A stretch of 17,686 nt of DNA from an uncultured bacterium (GTDB lineage: Bacteria; Abyssobacteria; SURF-5), in NCBI GenBank assembly GCA_964510165.1, contig CAZEBC010000070.1:1-17686 (forward strand), given 5' to 3'. Every line of letters starts with the position of its first letter. Position 1 is the stretch's first letter. Under the pieces are notes generated by a model. That model ran no database searches. It had not been told where the DNA came from and worked only from the letters and a program-made list of their open reading frames with translations. A program made the position numbers and the translations under genes. This document shows positions 1 to 7,968 of the stretch, piece after piece.

Positions 1-2
1 AA

Positions 3-797
3 ATGGCTGAAATGGTCAAACTGGAAAAAGACGGCGCAATAGCTATTGTGAAATTGAACCGACCGGAGGCGTTCAACGCCTTCAACTATGAGATGATTGA
101 GCTTTTGGCAAAGCGACTGACAAACGTCGCATGGGATGATTCTGTCTTGGCCGTCGTGGTCACCGGCGAGGGGAAGGCGTTTTGCGCGGGAGGCGATCTC
201 AGGTGGGCGCTCGCGCGGCCCGACGGTCCCGCGACGGCGTTCCACGAGCTTGCGGCCCAATATCACATGGCAATGACGGAAATCCGCCGGATGAGAAAGC
301 CCGTGATAGCCGCGATTAACGGGATTGCCGCCGGTGGCGGATTCTCGCTCGCGATCGCGTGCGATTTGAGGGTGATGGCGAAATCGGCGGTGATGAAGCA
401 GGCCTACACGTCGGCGGGACTGTGCATAGACGGCGGCGGCACGCATTCTCTCCCCCGGCTCGTGGGGCTGGCGCGCGCCATGGAGATAGTGGCATTCGAC
501 AGGCCGATCTCTTCCGAGCAAGCGCTGTCATGGGGATTGGTGACGAAGGTTGTTGATGATGGCCGCGCTCTCGACGAGAGCATGGGGATGGCGCATGAGT
601 TGACTCGGAACTCGGTGCATTCGTTCGGCTGGTGCAAGGAGCTTTTGATTGACTCGTTTGACACGGCGTTCGAAGCGCAACTTGAGCGCGAGCGGTTCGC
701 TCTTTCAATTTGCGCCTCTCATGCCGATGGCCGTGAAGGCGTAAAGGCGTTCTCAGAGAAGCGCAAACCGGCGTTCAATGCAAAGTCCTTGCGGTAA
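3..797 (+). CDS. Enoyl-CoA hydratase/isomerase (crotonase) family protein, PaaG-like
   Basis: 264 aa with crotonase motifs LNRPEAFNA, FCAGGDL (oxyanion hole), KPVIAAINGIAAGGG, GLCIDGGG, and C-terminal EGVKAFSEKRKP. The upstream region lies outside the window. Confidence 0.92.
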   Translation: MAEMVKLEKDGAIAIVKLNRPEAFNAFNYEMIELLAKRLTNVAWDDSVLAVVVTGEGKAFCAGGDLRWALARPDGPATAFHELAAQYHMAMTEIRRMRKPVIAAINGIAAGGGFSLAIACDLRVMAKSAVMKQAYTSAGLCIDGGGTHSLPRLVGLARAMEIVAFDRPISSEQALSWGLVTKVVDDGRALDESMGMAHELTRNSVHSFGWCKELLIDSFDTAFEAQLERERFALSICASHADGREGVKAFSEKRKPAFNAKSLR

Positions 798-827
798 TTC
801 GCGTCATCAACTGAGAAGGAGTGGCCC

Positions 828-1589
828 ATGCCTTGCGAGGCGGAGTTGCGAGCCTTATATCTCGATCTCATACAGAAGTGTCTGACGAACACGATCTATG
901 AGGACCCGCCGCAGGACCCATGGACCGGCGGCAGGTTCGACGCGCGCACGAGGGATCGCGGATTGGACTGGCCGTCAAAAGCGCACACCATGATCGGCGG
1001 TCAGCGCATGAACAACCTCAGACGGATAATCGAGCACGTGATCGTTCGTGGAATCCCCGGCGATTTCATTGAAACCGGCCTGTGGCGAGGCGGCGCGTGC
1101 ATATTCATGAGGGCGATATTGAAAGCGTATGGCGTGACGGACCGGATCGTGTGGTGCGCGGATTCGTTCGAGGGATTACCCAAGCCCGATGCGGCACGGT
1201 ATCCGCTGGACGCGGGCGACGCGCATCATACGTACGAAAGCCTGAGGATTTCACTCGATGAGGTGAAAGCGAACTTCGCCAAGTACGGATTACTTGATGA
1301 GCAGGTAAAGTTTCTAAAGGGCTTTTTCAAGGACACGCTGCCGACAGCCCCTATCGAGCGATTGTCGGTATTACGAGTAGACGCCGACATGTACCAATCG
1401 ACAACGGAGGCGCTCACCTGTCTGTACGACAAGGTGACGGTCGGCGGGTTTGTTATCGTGGACGATTACGGCGCTCTTCCGCCCTGCCGTTCGGCGACCG
1501 ACGATTTCCGCCGTCAGCGCGGCATCGCCGATCCCATCTGTAATATTGACGGTATCGGAGTGTTCTGGCAGAAGACGGCGTCTGGGTGA
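828..1589 (+). CDS. TylF/MycF/NovP-family (macrocin-type) SAM-dependent sugar O-methyltransferase
   Basis: Motifs GLDWP..AHTMIG, PGDFIETGLWRGG, DSFEGLP, KGFFKDTLP, RVDADMYQST and IVDDY. SD AAGGAG lies 6 nt before the ATG. Confidence 0.9.
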   Translation: MPCEAELRALYLDLIQKCLTNTIYEDPPQDPWTGGRFDARTRDRGLDWPSKAHTMIGGQRMNNLRRIIEHVIVRGIPGDFIETGLWRGGACIFMRAILKAYGVTDRIVWCADSFEGLPKPDAARYPLDAGDAHHTYESLRISLDEVKANFAKYGLLDEQVKFLKGFFKDTLPTAPIERLSVLRVDADMYQSTTEALTCLYDKVTVGGFVIVDDYGALPPCRSATDDFRRQRGIADPICNIDGIGVFWQKTASG

Positions 1590-1601
1590 TAACCCGGCTG
1601 T

Positions 1602-2393
1602 TCACTCAGTGGTCGGGCGCCTGCCCCTTCGCAGGATATCCGCCATCTGCAAGTGAATCTTTCCATTGCTCGCCAGGATTTCCCTGGAATAGATATTAAA
1701 CGGCTCGCCGCCCAAGTGAGTAACCGTGCCGCCTGCCTCCTCGACGATCAGCCCGCCGGCAGCGACATCCCAGGGATATAGCTTCAGTTCCCAAAAACCA
1801 TCGAAGCGGCCTGATGCGGTGTAGCACAGGTCGAGCGCGGCGGAACCTGCGCGCCGAACCGCCTGCGCGCGCGGAAGCATGGCGTTCCAATGGTCAGTGT
1901 TGTTGACCTCGCTGGTGCGCAGGTCATATGGAAAACCGGTCGCGAGGAGCGCATTGTCGAGGTCGCCCGTCTGGGATACCGATATCCGATTTCCGTTCAG
2001 CTCGGCTCCTCCGCCTCGTACCGCGGTGAACAGTTCGTCACGTGTGGGGTCATACACGGCGCCCAATTGCACGACGCCCTCGACTTCAAGCGCGATAGAC
2101 ACGCAAAAGATGGGGAATCCGTGCGCGTAATTCGTAGTGCCGTCCAGCGGGTCAATGATCCACCGGTAAGCCGAACGCTGACTGGTCACATCGCTTTCCT
2201 CGGCGAGAATCTGGTGGTCGGGACAGCGGCTGCGAATCCGGTCCTTGATGAGTTGCTCCGACTTCATGTCCATCTCGGTGACAAGGTTGATTTCCCCCTT
2301 ATGTTCGATCCAGCCGATCCGGCTGATGCCCCGGAGGAGCATCGAGCCTGCCTCGACGGCAGTCTCTTTTGCAAGCTTCAGCAATTCATTCAC
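1602..2393 (-). CDS. suhB: Inositol monophosphatase family protein (SuhB-like)
   Basis: Motifs AEES, WIIDPLDGTTNYAHG, ATGFPY, GSAALDLC and WDVAAG. GTG start preceded by SD AAGGAG. Confidence 0.9.
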   Translation of the reverse strand: MNELLKLAKETAVEAGSMLLRGISRIGWIEHKGEINLVTEMDMKSEQLIKDRIRSRCPDHQILAEESDVTSQRSAYRWIIDPLDGTTNYAHGFPIFCVSIALEVEGVVQLGAVYDPTRDELFTAVRGGGAELNGNRISVSQTGDLDNALLATGFPYDLRTSEVNNTDHWNAMLPRAQAVRRAGSAALDLCYTASGRFDGFWELKLYPWDVAAGGLIVEEAGGTVTHLGGEPFNIYSREILASNGKIHLQMADILRRGRRPTTE

Positions 2394-2445
2394 CGCTGAC
2401 TCCTTTCTGGAATGGCGCGGAGATTCCCATCTACCAGAGAATGGG

Positions 2446-2459
2446 ATATAATATTATAT
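2446..2459. promoter_or_regulatory. 14-bp AT-only palindrome containing a TATAAT -10 box on each strand (candidate bidirectional promoter or operator)
   Basis: ATATAATATTATAT is its own reverse complement. TATAAT is at 2447-2452 (+) and 2458-2453 (-). Partial -35 matches at 17-nt spacing are TTCCCA (2424-2429, +) and TGGAAA (2481-2476, -). Confidence 0.5.
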
Positions 2460-2557
2460 AGAGAAGGTTATGAAGTTTCCAGCGACATCGAGTCGGGCTA
2501 TTTATACTAAACGTTCGTTTTTGAAAGCTCAATCATAGAAACTGGACCCGCTCCAAA

Positions 2558-2896
2558 GTGCAGGGGGTGATTACGCTCGAGCCGAAACCGATTGATTCCA
2601 GACACTTGCTCGATATAGACGCGGGGCGGCGGATTATCGACATGGAGGGTTTCGTGCGGGAGGTTCGCCAGGCGCCTCCGAGGAGGCAGCACCCGGCGGA
2701 ATCGGCGAATGACGTGATCCGTGATGAGACCGGCCGTCACAGCCGCCCTGAGCGGGCGAGGGTTTTCGCTGATCGCTTCAGAAGAGCGACTGAAGATCGT
2801 GAAGAACAGCCTCCGGAATCAGCGGAAGGGATGTACAAGAGAATCAGGATTTCTCCGGAAAACCAGAAAGGCGCCCACCTGGACATTGAAGCATAA
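2558..2896 (+). CDS. Small hypothetical protein, charged and likely disordered, ending KGAHLDIEA; start uncertain (GTG 2558 or ATG 2642)
   Basis: It fills the gap between suhB and hisC without overlapping either. The C-terminal KGxxhDhxA-type motif looks protein-like. There is no strong SD. Confidence 0.6.
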   Translation: MQGVITLEPKPIDSRHLLDIDAGRRIIDMEGFVREVRQAPPRRQHPAESANDVIRDETGRHSRPERARVFADRFRRATEDREEQPPESAEGMYKRIRISPENQKGAHLDIEA

Positions 2897-2901
2897 GCGC
2901 C

Positions 2902-3948
2902 TCAACCCTTCAGTATTTCCCTGAGCGCATTCAGAAGCGAGTCAATTTCCTGTTCTGTCCCCACGGTGATTCGCAGACAATCATCGAGGCGGCGGAGAGG
3001 GAAATAGCGCACAAGTATTTTCCGCTGCTTGAGTTGTTCGTACAGGTCGCGGGCACTGCCGTTTCGGTAGCGCGCGAGGACGAAGTTGGATTCCGAAGGG
3101 TAGACGAGGAAGCCCATATCCGCGAGGGTCGCCGAGAGGCGATTTCGCGTCTTTACGATACGTTCGACGTTCCGGCGCATGTGGTCCATGTCGTCAAGAG
3201 CGGCCTCGGCGGCCAACTGGCTGAGCAAATTAACATTGTAGGAATCCTTGGTCTTCATCAGTTCGGCGACGAGTTCCTCGCGAGCGAGCGCGAACCCGAC
3301 ACGAATTGAGGCGAGCGAGAACGACTTGGAGAAGGTGCGCAGGATGACGAGGTTTGGACACTCGTTGAGAGCATCCAGGCACGAGTTCTTGCTGAAATCC
3401 GCGTATGCCTCATCGGCGACAACAAGTCCTCCGAACGAGTCGCACAGTCTGCCAACGGTCTTGCGGTCGACTGCCTTGCCCGTTGGCGAGTTCGGGTTAG
3501 CGATGAAGAAAAGCTTGCCGGAACAGGAGAAGACACTCTCCGGCAGGTCGAAATTATCGTCAAGTTCGAGCGACTCGTAACCGACCGCATTCAATTTCGC
3601 GAGCGTTTCATAAAGCACATAGGAAGGATACGTATAGACGACTTTCTCGTCGGGATCGACGAATGTTCTCACAAGAAGGCTCAGTACTTCGTCCGAACCG
3701 TTCCCCACGAAAATCCGCTCGGGCGCGACGCCATAAACTTGCGATATCTTCGAACGCAACCGCCGATAGACCGGGTCGGGATACTTGCGCAATTGCTCGC
3801 CCGAGACATTTTTCACGGCCTCAAAAACCCGAGGGGAGGGCGAATACGGGTTCTCGTTTGTGTTCAGCTTGATGAACCCCGAATCCCTTGGCTGTTCGCC
3901 AGGCGTGTATCCCTCCACCCTCTCCAGATGTCTGCGCGCGTAATTCAT
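2902..3948 (-). CDS. hisC: Histidinol-phosphate aminotransferase
   Basis: Motifs YTPGEQP, KLNTNENPY, GNGSDE, NPNSPTG, DEAY and the PLP lysine in RTFSKS. ATGA overlap with the hisD stop. Confidence 0.95.
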   Translation of the reverse strand: MNYARRHLERVEGYTPGEQPRDSGFIKLNTNENPYSPSPRVFEAVKNVSGEQLRKYPDPVYRRLRSKISQVYGVAPERIFVGNGSDEVLSLLVRTFVDPDEKVVYTYPSYVLYETLAKLNAVGYESLELDDNFDLPESVFSCSGKLFFIANPNSPTGKAVDRKTVGRLCDSFGGLVVADEAYADFSKNSCLDALNECPNLVILRTFSKSFSLASIRVGFALAREELVAELMKTKDSYNVNLLSQLAAEAALDDMDHMRRNVERIVKTRNRLSATLADMGFLVYPSESNFVLARYRNGSARDLYEQLKQRKILVRYFPLRRLDDCLRITVGTEQEIDSLLNALREILKG

Positions 3949-5279
3949 TCTTCCAGCCTCACCCTGACCGCATACGCATGCGCGGTCAAGCCTTCGAGTT
4001 CAGCCAGTGCAATTATGTCTTTGGCCTCTGATCGCAGCCGGCTGTGCGAATATCCGATAACATTGGTCACTTTCCGAAAATCTTCGGTGCTCAACGGCGA
4101 CGAAAACCGGGCCTGCCCGCCGGTCGGCAAGACGTGGTTGGGTCCGGCAAAATAATCGCCGACCGCATTGGGCGTCTGGTCGCCGAGGAAGATCACGCCC
4201 GCATTGCGGATTTCATTGAGGAGTTTCTCGGGGTTCTTAACGAGAAGCTCCAGGTGCTCGGGCGCCCGCCGATTGACGATTGCGACGGCCTCGCGCAGAC
4301 TTCGAGCGACGACCGCCAGACCGTTCCGCTCGAGTGACGCGCGGATTGTTTCCTTCCGCTCCAATATGTTCATCTGCCGTTCGATTTCGCGGATGACTTC
4401 GCCAACGAACCGCCGTGACGTGGTGACCAGGATCGCGGCGGCCATCTCGTCATGCTCGGCCTGGGAGAGCATGTCGGCAGCGGCCAGCCGAGGGTTGGCG
4501 GTGGTGTCGGCGACGACCATGATCTCGCTCGGACCGGCTTCCATATCGATTGCCACCTGTCCCTTCACTAGCCGCTTGGCGATTGCAACAAAGATATTGC
4601 CCGGTCCGACAATCTTATCAACTTTCGGAATGGATTCGGTGCCGTGAGCGAGCGCGGCAATCGCCTGGGCGCCGCCGATACGAAATATCCGGGTGACGCC
4701 CGCGATATCGGCCGCGACAAGCAGCGCAGGATGAATCGTGCCCGCGGCCGAGGGCGGCGACACCATCACTATTTCTCTGCAACCGGCCACCTTCGCAGGA
4801 ACAGCGTTCATCAACACCGACGAAGGGTAAAAGGCGCGCCCACCCGGGCAATATACGCCGACGCGCTCTATCGGCAGTATCCTCTGGCCCAGGACCGCGC
4901 TCTTGCGGTTCCCTTCGGACCAGCTCCTACGCAGGTGTTTCTTGTGAAATGCGGCTATCTTGCCGTGTGCTCTTCGAAGGGCGTCGAGGGCGGCCGGCGG
5001 AATCTTATTGTATGCGGCGCGGACATCGTTTCGGCTTACCTCGAACTCCCCGGGCTTTAAAGGCGCCTTGTCGAATTCGAGAGTAAAACGAGCGACGGCC
5101 TCGTCGCCCCCCTCCCTGACTGATTTCACGATCGCGCTGACGGAGGCCTCAATACGCGACATTTCCTCCTCGGCCTGCTTACCCAACAGTGCTTCTTCAA
5201 GCTCCTCGGGTGAGACTCGTCTTGTTTCTATTATCCGCAGCATTGGCTGATCTGGTTGGGAGCCGCGTATCCAGCTCAC
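3945..5279 (-). CDS. hisD: Histidinol dehydrogenase (start GTG 5279 overlapping the murA stop, or ATG 5243)
   Basis: Motifs GGAQAIAALA, KIVGPGN, AGPSEI, SQAEHD, APEHL and GDYFAGPNHVLPT. Confidence 0.96.
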   Translation of the reverse strand: MSWIRGSQPDQPMLRIIETRRVSPEELEEALLGKQAEEEMSRIEASVSAIVKSVREGGDEAVARFTLEFDKAPLKPGEFEVSRNDVRAAYNKIPPAALDALRRAHGKIAAFHKKHLRRSWSEGNRKSAVLGQRILPIERVGVYCPGGRAFYPSSVLMNAVPAKVAGCREIVMVSPPSAAGTIHPALLVAADIAGVTRIFRIGGAQAIAALAHGTESIPKVDKIVGPGNIFVAIAKRLVKGQVAIDMEAGPSEIMVVADTTANPRLAAADMLSQAEHDEMAAAILVTTSRRFVGEVIREIERQMNILERKETIRASLERNGLAVVARSLREAVAIVNRRAPEHLELLVKNPEKLLNEIRNAGVIFLGDQTPNAVGDYFAGPNHVLPTGGQARFSSPLSTEDFRKVTNVIGYSHSRLRSEAKDIIALAELEGLTAHAYAVRVRLEE

Positions 5280-6529
5280 TGGCTCACGCGCTGGATATCG
5301 GCCCCGAGCGCCTGGAGTCTTCGCTCGATCTGGTCGTATCCTCTGTCTATGTGATAGATGCGCGATATCCTGGTTTCGCCCTTTGCGACAAGGCCAGCGA
5401 TGACAAGCGCGGCGCTCGCGCGCAGGTCGGACGCCATGACCTCAGCGCCCGAAAGATGGTCGACTCCGGTGATGATTGCAGTGTTCTTCTCGATGCGTAT
5501 GTCGGCGCCCATCCGATTGAGTTCGGCCACCTGCATGAACCTGTTTTCGAAAACGGTCTCGGTGATGGAACTGGCGCCGGGTGTTACGGATGCGACTGCC
5601 ATGAACTGGGCCTGCATGTCGGTCGGAAAGCCCGGGTAGGGCGACGTGCGCACGTGGACAGGCCGCAGCGATTCCACCGAAGCCGTTATCGAGGGGCCAT
5701 TCATCTCGAAACTCACGCCAGCCTCGGCGAACTTGGAAATGACCGGACGGAGATGGTCCTCGATAACGCCGTCCACGGTGACGCGCCCCTTGGTAATGAT
5801 GCCGGCAGCAAGATACGTTCCGGCCTCAATCCGGTCGGGAATTGCGCAGTGCACCGTCGAGCCAAGACACTTGACTCCTTCGATGGTTAGCCTGGAAGTG
5901 CCGTCCCCGTCTATCTGAGCGCCGAGCGAACGCAGGAATTTGGCCAGGTCTTGTATCTCTGGTTCGCGCGCGGCGTTGTCGATGACCGTTGTGCCGCTGG
6001 CGAGCACAGCGGCCATCATGATGTTTTCGGTCGCGCCGACACTGGGAAAATCAAGACATATGGGCGCGCCTTTCAGGCTGCGCGCAGAGACGGTGACATA
6101 GCCCCGCCCCGTCTTTACCTTTGCTCCGAGCGCCTGGATACCTGCGAGGTGTATATCGATGGGCCGCGTTCCAATGGCGCACCCGCCCGGAAGGGCCACC
6201 TGAGCCCTGCCGAGCCTCGCCAGCAACGGCCCCATCACGAGCACGGAAGCGCGCATGGTCCGCACGAGTTCGTAAGGGGCAACGTGGTCTCTCAGCCCGG
6301 CGCTGTCAATGGTAAGTGTACCCGTGCCGACGTCGTGGACCTTCGCGCCCATGTGTTCGAGCACTTTGCTCATCGTGACGATGTCCCGGAGGACCGGCAC
6401 ATTCTCGATGACACATGGGCCGTCAGCCAGGAGGGAGGCCGCCATGATGGGAAGCACGGCGTTCTTGGCTCCCCTAACTTTCACCCTTCCTTTGAGCGCG
6501 CGACCGCCCCGAATGATAAAAGCGTCCAT
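5276..6529 (-). CDS. murA: UDP-N-acetylglucosamine 1-carboxyvinyltransferase
   Basis: Motifs GAKNA, MRAS, LPGGCAIG.RP (active-site Cys present), SVGATEN, YPGFPTDMQ, DLRAS and HIDRGY. Confidence 0.97.
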   Translation of the reverse strand: MDAFIIRGGRALKGRVKVRGAKNAVLPIMAASLLADGPCVIENVPVLRDIVTMSKVLEHMGAKVHDVGTGTLTIDSAGLRDHVAPYELVRTMRASVLVMGPLLARLGRAQVALPGGCAIGTRPIDIHLAGIQALGAKVKTGRGYVTVSARSLKGAPICLDFPSVGATENIMMAAVLASGTTVIDNAAREPEIQDLAKFLRSLGAQIDGDGTSRLTIEGVKCLGSTVHCAIPDRIEAGTYLAAGIITKGRVTVDGVIEDHLRPVISKFAEAGVSFEMNGPSITASVESLRPVHVRTSPYPGFPTDMQAQFMAVASVTPGASSITETVFENRFMQVAELNRMGADIRIEKNTAIITGVDHLSGAEVMASDLRASAALVIAGLVAKGETRISRIYHIDRGYDQIERRLQALGADIQRVSQ

Positions 6530-6619
6530 CTCAACCCCTCAAGATGTCACGTTGGGATCAATGAAAGCAGGGCAGGATAACGCCTGCACGATATATTCTT
6601 GCGAATAGGCTGAGTCCGG

Positions 6620-7099
6620 TCAGGGCTGTTGCGGAGCATCGGGCGCAGGAGTGGGCGCCTCCGTCTGGGGCGCCGGGGTCTCGGCCGGAACGCCTGGCTG
6701 GGCGGGCCACTGCTCTTGTCGGGCCTCTCCTTCGCCTCCGGTAACAGGTTGTGCCTGCGAGGCGGCGCCGGGGATCGCAGGCGCGGACTCCTCGACCGGT
6801 GCGGGAGCAAGCGGCGCTCGCTCGAGAACCGCCGGCCCACTTTCGGCGCCGAGTTCACCCCATGGCGAGATATTGGGCATGGCCAGGAGAAGCGATGTCG
6901 CCATGAAAACGCCAGCCAGCACCCACGTGAGTCGCCCGATCAGAGTGGCGCTTCGCGCGCCGAAAAGCGTCTGGCTTGACCCGCCTCCAAAAGCGGCTCC
7001 CAATGAAGCGCCTCTGCCAGCCTGCAACAGCACGATGACAATAAGACCGCTGCACGCAATGACGTGTATGATTAACAGAAGGATACCAATCCAGTTCAT
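6620..7099 (-). CDS. secG: Preprotein translocase subunit SecG with a long Pro/Ala/Glu-rich C-terminal tail
   Basis: Two hydrophobic helices flank VLLQ.G.G..LG.AFGGG.SQTLFG. It lies directly downstream of tpiA, the conserved order. SD GAGGGGAG. Confidence 0.92.
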   Translation of the reverse strand: MNWIGILLLIIHVIACSGLIVIVLLQAGRGASLGAAFGGGSSQTLFGARSATLIGRLTWVLAGVFMATSLLLAMPNISPWGELGAESGPAVLERAPLAPAPVEESAPAIPGAASQAQPVTGGEGEARQEQWPAQPGVPAETPAPQTEAPTPAPDAPQQP

Positions 7100-7125
7100 A
7101 TTCGATTTCTCCCCTCGAATTCCGT

Positions 7126-7899
7126 TTACCTGGTCGCGGCTGTGACGCCCGAGCGGACTATTTTCTCGAAGGAGTCGGCATCCAAACTTGCGCCTCCCAC
7201 CAAAGAGCCGTTGATATCGGGTTGTCCCAGCAATTCATCCGCGTTGGAAGGCTTCACGCTGCCGCCGTACAAAATCGGAACGGATGCAGCCGTTGTTTCG
7301 TCAAACTGTTCGGCAATGAGCTTTCGTATGAGTTCGTGCACTTCCTGAGCCTGTTCCGGTGTGGCGTTCTTGCCCGTACCGATGGCCCAGACAGGTTCAT
7401 ACGCGATCACGACATTCCGCATTTGTTCGACGCGGAGGTCCGCCAATCCCTTCTTGATCTGCTTGACAATGACGGACTCGGTTTTGCCCTTTTCGCGCTC
7501 TTCTTCGGTTTCGCCCACGCAGACAATAGGCCTCAGGCCCGCCTTGAGGGCTGCGTGGACTTTCTTGTTGACTCCCTTGTCCCTCTCGCCGAAGATATGG
7601 CGTCTCTCGCTATGCCCGAGGATGACATAGGCGCAGCCGGCATCGCTGAGCATGGAAGGCGAAATCTCGCCCGTGAAGGCGCCTTGTTCCTCCCAGTACA
7701 TATTTTGAGCGCCGAGCTTAAGCACTGACCTGCGGGTGACCGCTGCGACTTCCGCCAGGGCGGTGAATGGCGGGCAGAGCACCACGGTGACGGACGAATT
7801 CAATTCCGACAGCCTTGATTTAAGCTGACTTGCAAGTTCTCGCGCCTCGCCGGTCAGTTTGTGCATCTTCCAGTTGCCGGCGATTATCATCGGCTTCAC
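7126..7899 (-). CDS. tpiA: Triosephosphate isomerase (probable start GTG 7899 rather than 7929)
   Basis: Motifs AGNWKM, GHSERR, AYEPVWAIGTG, YGGSV and LVGGASL. SD AAGGAG precedes GTG 7899. Confidence 0.97.
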   Translation of the reverse strand: MKPMIIAGNWKMHKLTGEARELASQLKSRLSELNSSVTVVLCPPFTALAEVAAVTRRSVLKLGAQNMYWEEQGAFTGEISPSMLSDAGCAYVILGHSERRHIFGERDKGVNKKVHAALKAGLRPIVCVGETEEEREKGKTESVIVKQIKKGLADLRVEQMRNVVIAYEPVWAIGTGKNATPEQAQEVHELIRKLIAEQFDETTAASVPILYGGSVKPSNADELLGQPDINGSLVGGASLDADSFEKIVRSGVTAATR

Positions 7900-7939
7900 T
7901 ATGTCTTCTCCTTGACAGGACCCGGCCAATTATCGCAAT

Positions 7940-7968
7940 AGTATATCATACTTCCTCACTCTGAACAA
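7940..7968 (-). promoter_or_regulatory. Candidate internal sigma70 promoter for tpiA-secG (TTGTTC-N17-TATACT, extended -10)
   Basis: The minus strand reads TTGTTC (7968-7963), a 17-nt spacer ending in TGA (the ribF stop), then TATACT (7945-7940). Confidence 0.6.

Noticed and set aside
1602..2393. IMPase as histidinol-phosphatase (HisN) because hisC/hisD are nearby
   Set aside because: The motifs (DGTTNYAHG, TGFPY, GSAALDLC) are SuhB-type, and the gene is separated from hisC by an opposite-strand ORF and its own promoter-like region.
2394..2460. boxA element upstream of suhB (Nus autoregulation)
   Set aside because: No GYTCTTTAA-like sequence on the minus strand.
2500..2620. Sigma28 promoter for the orphan ORF
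   Set aside because: TAAA at 2508 is not followed by a credible GCCGATAA at 15 nt, and CTCGATAT at 2609 lacks a matching -35.
2507..2740. 77-aa minus-strand ORF in the suhB-hisC gap
   Set aside because: It overlaps the more plausible plus-strand ORF and has no SD or recognisable motif.
6530..6619. tRNA-Leu often found downstream of secG
   Set aside because: No cloverleaf, GTTCRA T-loop or CCA end can be seen in this 90-bp gap.
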